Of a stretch of 64,000 nt of DNA, positions 62,930 through 64,000 are shown one piece after another. The notes below the pieces were generated by a model. The model ran no database searches. It was not told the DNA's origin and worked only from the letters and a program-made list of their open reading frames with translations. The position numbers and the translations under genes are program-made. Origin of the DNA: Vicugna vicugna (lineage: Eukaryota); NCBI GenBank assembly GCA_013265495.1, contig MU057999.1:620001-684000 (forward strand), given 5' to 3'. Position 1 is the stretch's first letter; every line of letters starts with the position of its first letter.

Positions 62930-63718
62930 TCAACAGAACTCCTATTTTGTTGGGATAGCAATGCACCCAGAGGAAAAAATCCCAGCCTGTCTTGCAGATG
63001 GAATGGTCATGTGCTATAGTTCTGGCCTCTAGAATGTTCAAGACAATTGTAGGATGAAGCTTCTAGAAAAAGACATTTAAAATAGACTCACAGATATAGT
63101 AAACAATCTTATGGTTGCCATGGAGAAAGGGATAAATTGGGAGTTTGAGATAAGCAAATATTAACCATTGTATATAAAAATAGATAAAAACAAACATCTT
63201 CGGTATGGCACAGGGAACTCTATTCAATATCTTGTAGTAACCTTTAATGAAAAAGAATATGAAAGTGAATATATGTATATATATGTGTATGTATATATAT
63301 ACACATACACATATGGCTGAAACATTATGCACCAGAAATTGACACATTGTAACTGAGTATACTTCAATTTAAAAAAAACACACAAAACTGAGTGGATTCA
63401 TAACACATGTTTTGCCCTTACCCTTTTTCATCCTCCTTCCTGCAACTCAGCTGGGATGGCTGGAGCTCCAGAGTCAGCCAACAGACATGAGGACCAGGGC
63501 CGCCACTGGAAGAAGCAAGGTTGAGGGCCGGAAGGAGACTGGGTCCCTAAATGGCTTCATGGAGCTGCTGAAAAAACCTGGGGTTAATTACTCCCAGAGT
63601 CCTTCTGTAAGCTAAATTAACGAACTAACTAACTAGGTAACTAACTAACTAAAACCCCAGTTGTTTTTAAGTCACTGTCTTCCAGATTTTTGTTGCCAAA
63701 AAATTCTTTAACAATGCA
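62930..63718 (+). mobile_element. MLT1J-like LTR, interrupted by an L1 3' end
   Basis: tcccagcctgtcttgcagatgg...catgtgctatagttctggcc... gatggctggagctcca...ggaaggagactgggtccct...catggagc...tttaagtcactgt. Confidence 0.7.
63078..63385 (+). mobile_element. Cetartiodactyl/camelid L1 3' UTR fragment
   Basis: agactcacagatatagtaaacaatcttatggttgcca...gggataaattgggagtttgagat...gcacagggaactctattcaatatcttgtagtaacct...tatacttcaatttaaaaa. Confidence 0.9.
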
Positions 63719-64000
63719 AGGTGTTATTTGTTTTCTTTACTGGATAGAAAGTCTTTGCATAAAATAGCAGGAAGCAGGAAAAAAATGGTTGATTTACGGC
63801 TGGTTTACAGCTGCTCTTGGGGCTCAGACATTCCCAGGAGGCGGGAGCCTCTGTGGAGAAACGATCCTTCATCTCTGGGCTGGATTCATTGGCTGTCGAT
63901 CTCTGCCCACAGTCACCAGACCCTTGGAAGCCTCACCAATAAAGACCTGAGGGAAACCGAGTGGGGAGGAAGCAGGGAGCGGGCTCTCCTCTGGCTGCTC

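Overview
Mammalian genomic DNA, very likely from a camelid (alpaca/llama/camel), judged from tRNA-Ala-derived Vic-1-type SINEs and cetartiodactyl-type L1 3' ends. The left half holds coding exons 1-8 of KY (kyphoscoliosis peptidase, a transglutaminase-like muscle Z-disc protein) on the minus strand, from a CpG-island ATG at 31124 to the exon 8 donor at 6742. Later exons lie beyond the window start. Exons 2-8 are intact, with GT-AG boundaries and the putative catalytic Cys. Exon 1 departs from the known KY sequence after codon 13 and is out of frame with exon 2, so it is either an assembly error or a loss-of-function lesion. Exons 2, 3 and 5 are all 63-nt phase 1-1 exons, and exons 2 and 5 look like ancient duplicates. 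A muscle enhancer-like cluster (MEF2/TATA, E-boxes, CCAAT) lies in intron 2. The right half (about 32-64 kb) is upstream intergenic DNA rich in old repeats (L1, L2, MIR, MaLR and MER21 LTRs, hAT transposons) and microsatellites. No prokaryotic features, CRISPR arrays or functional RNA genes are supported. Comparisons with human KY and repeat family names are from recall, not from a database search, and repeat boundaries are approximate.
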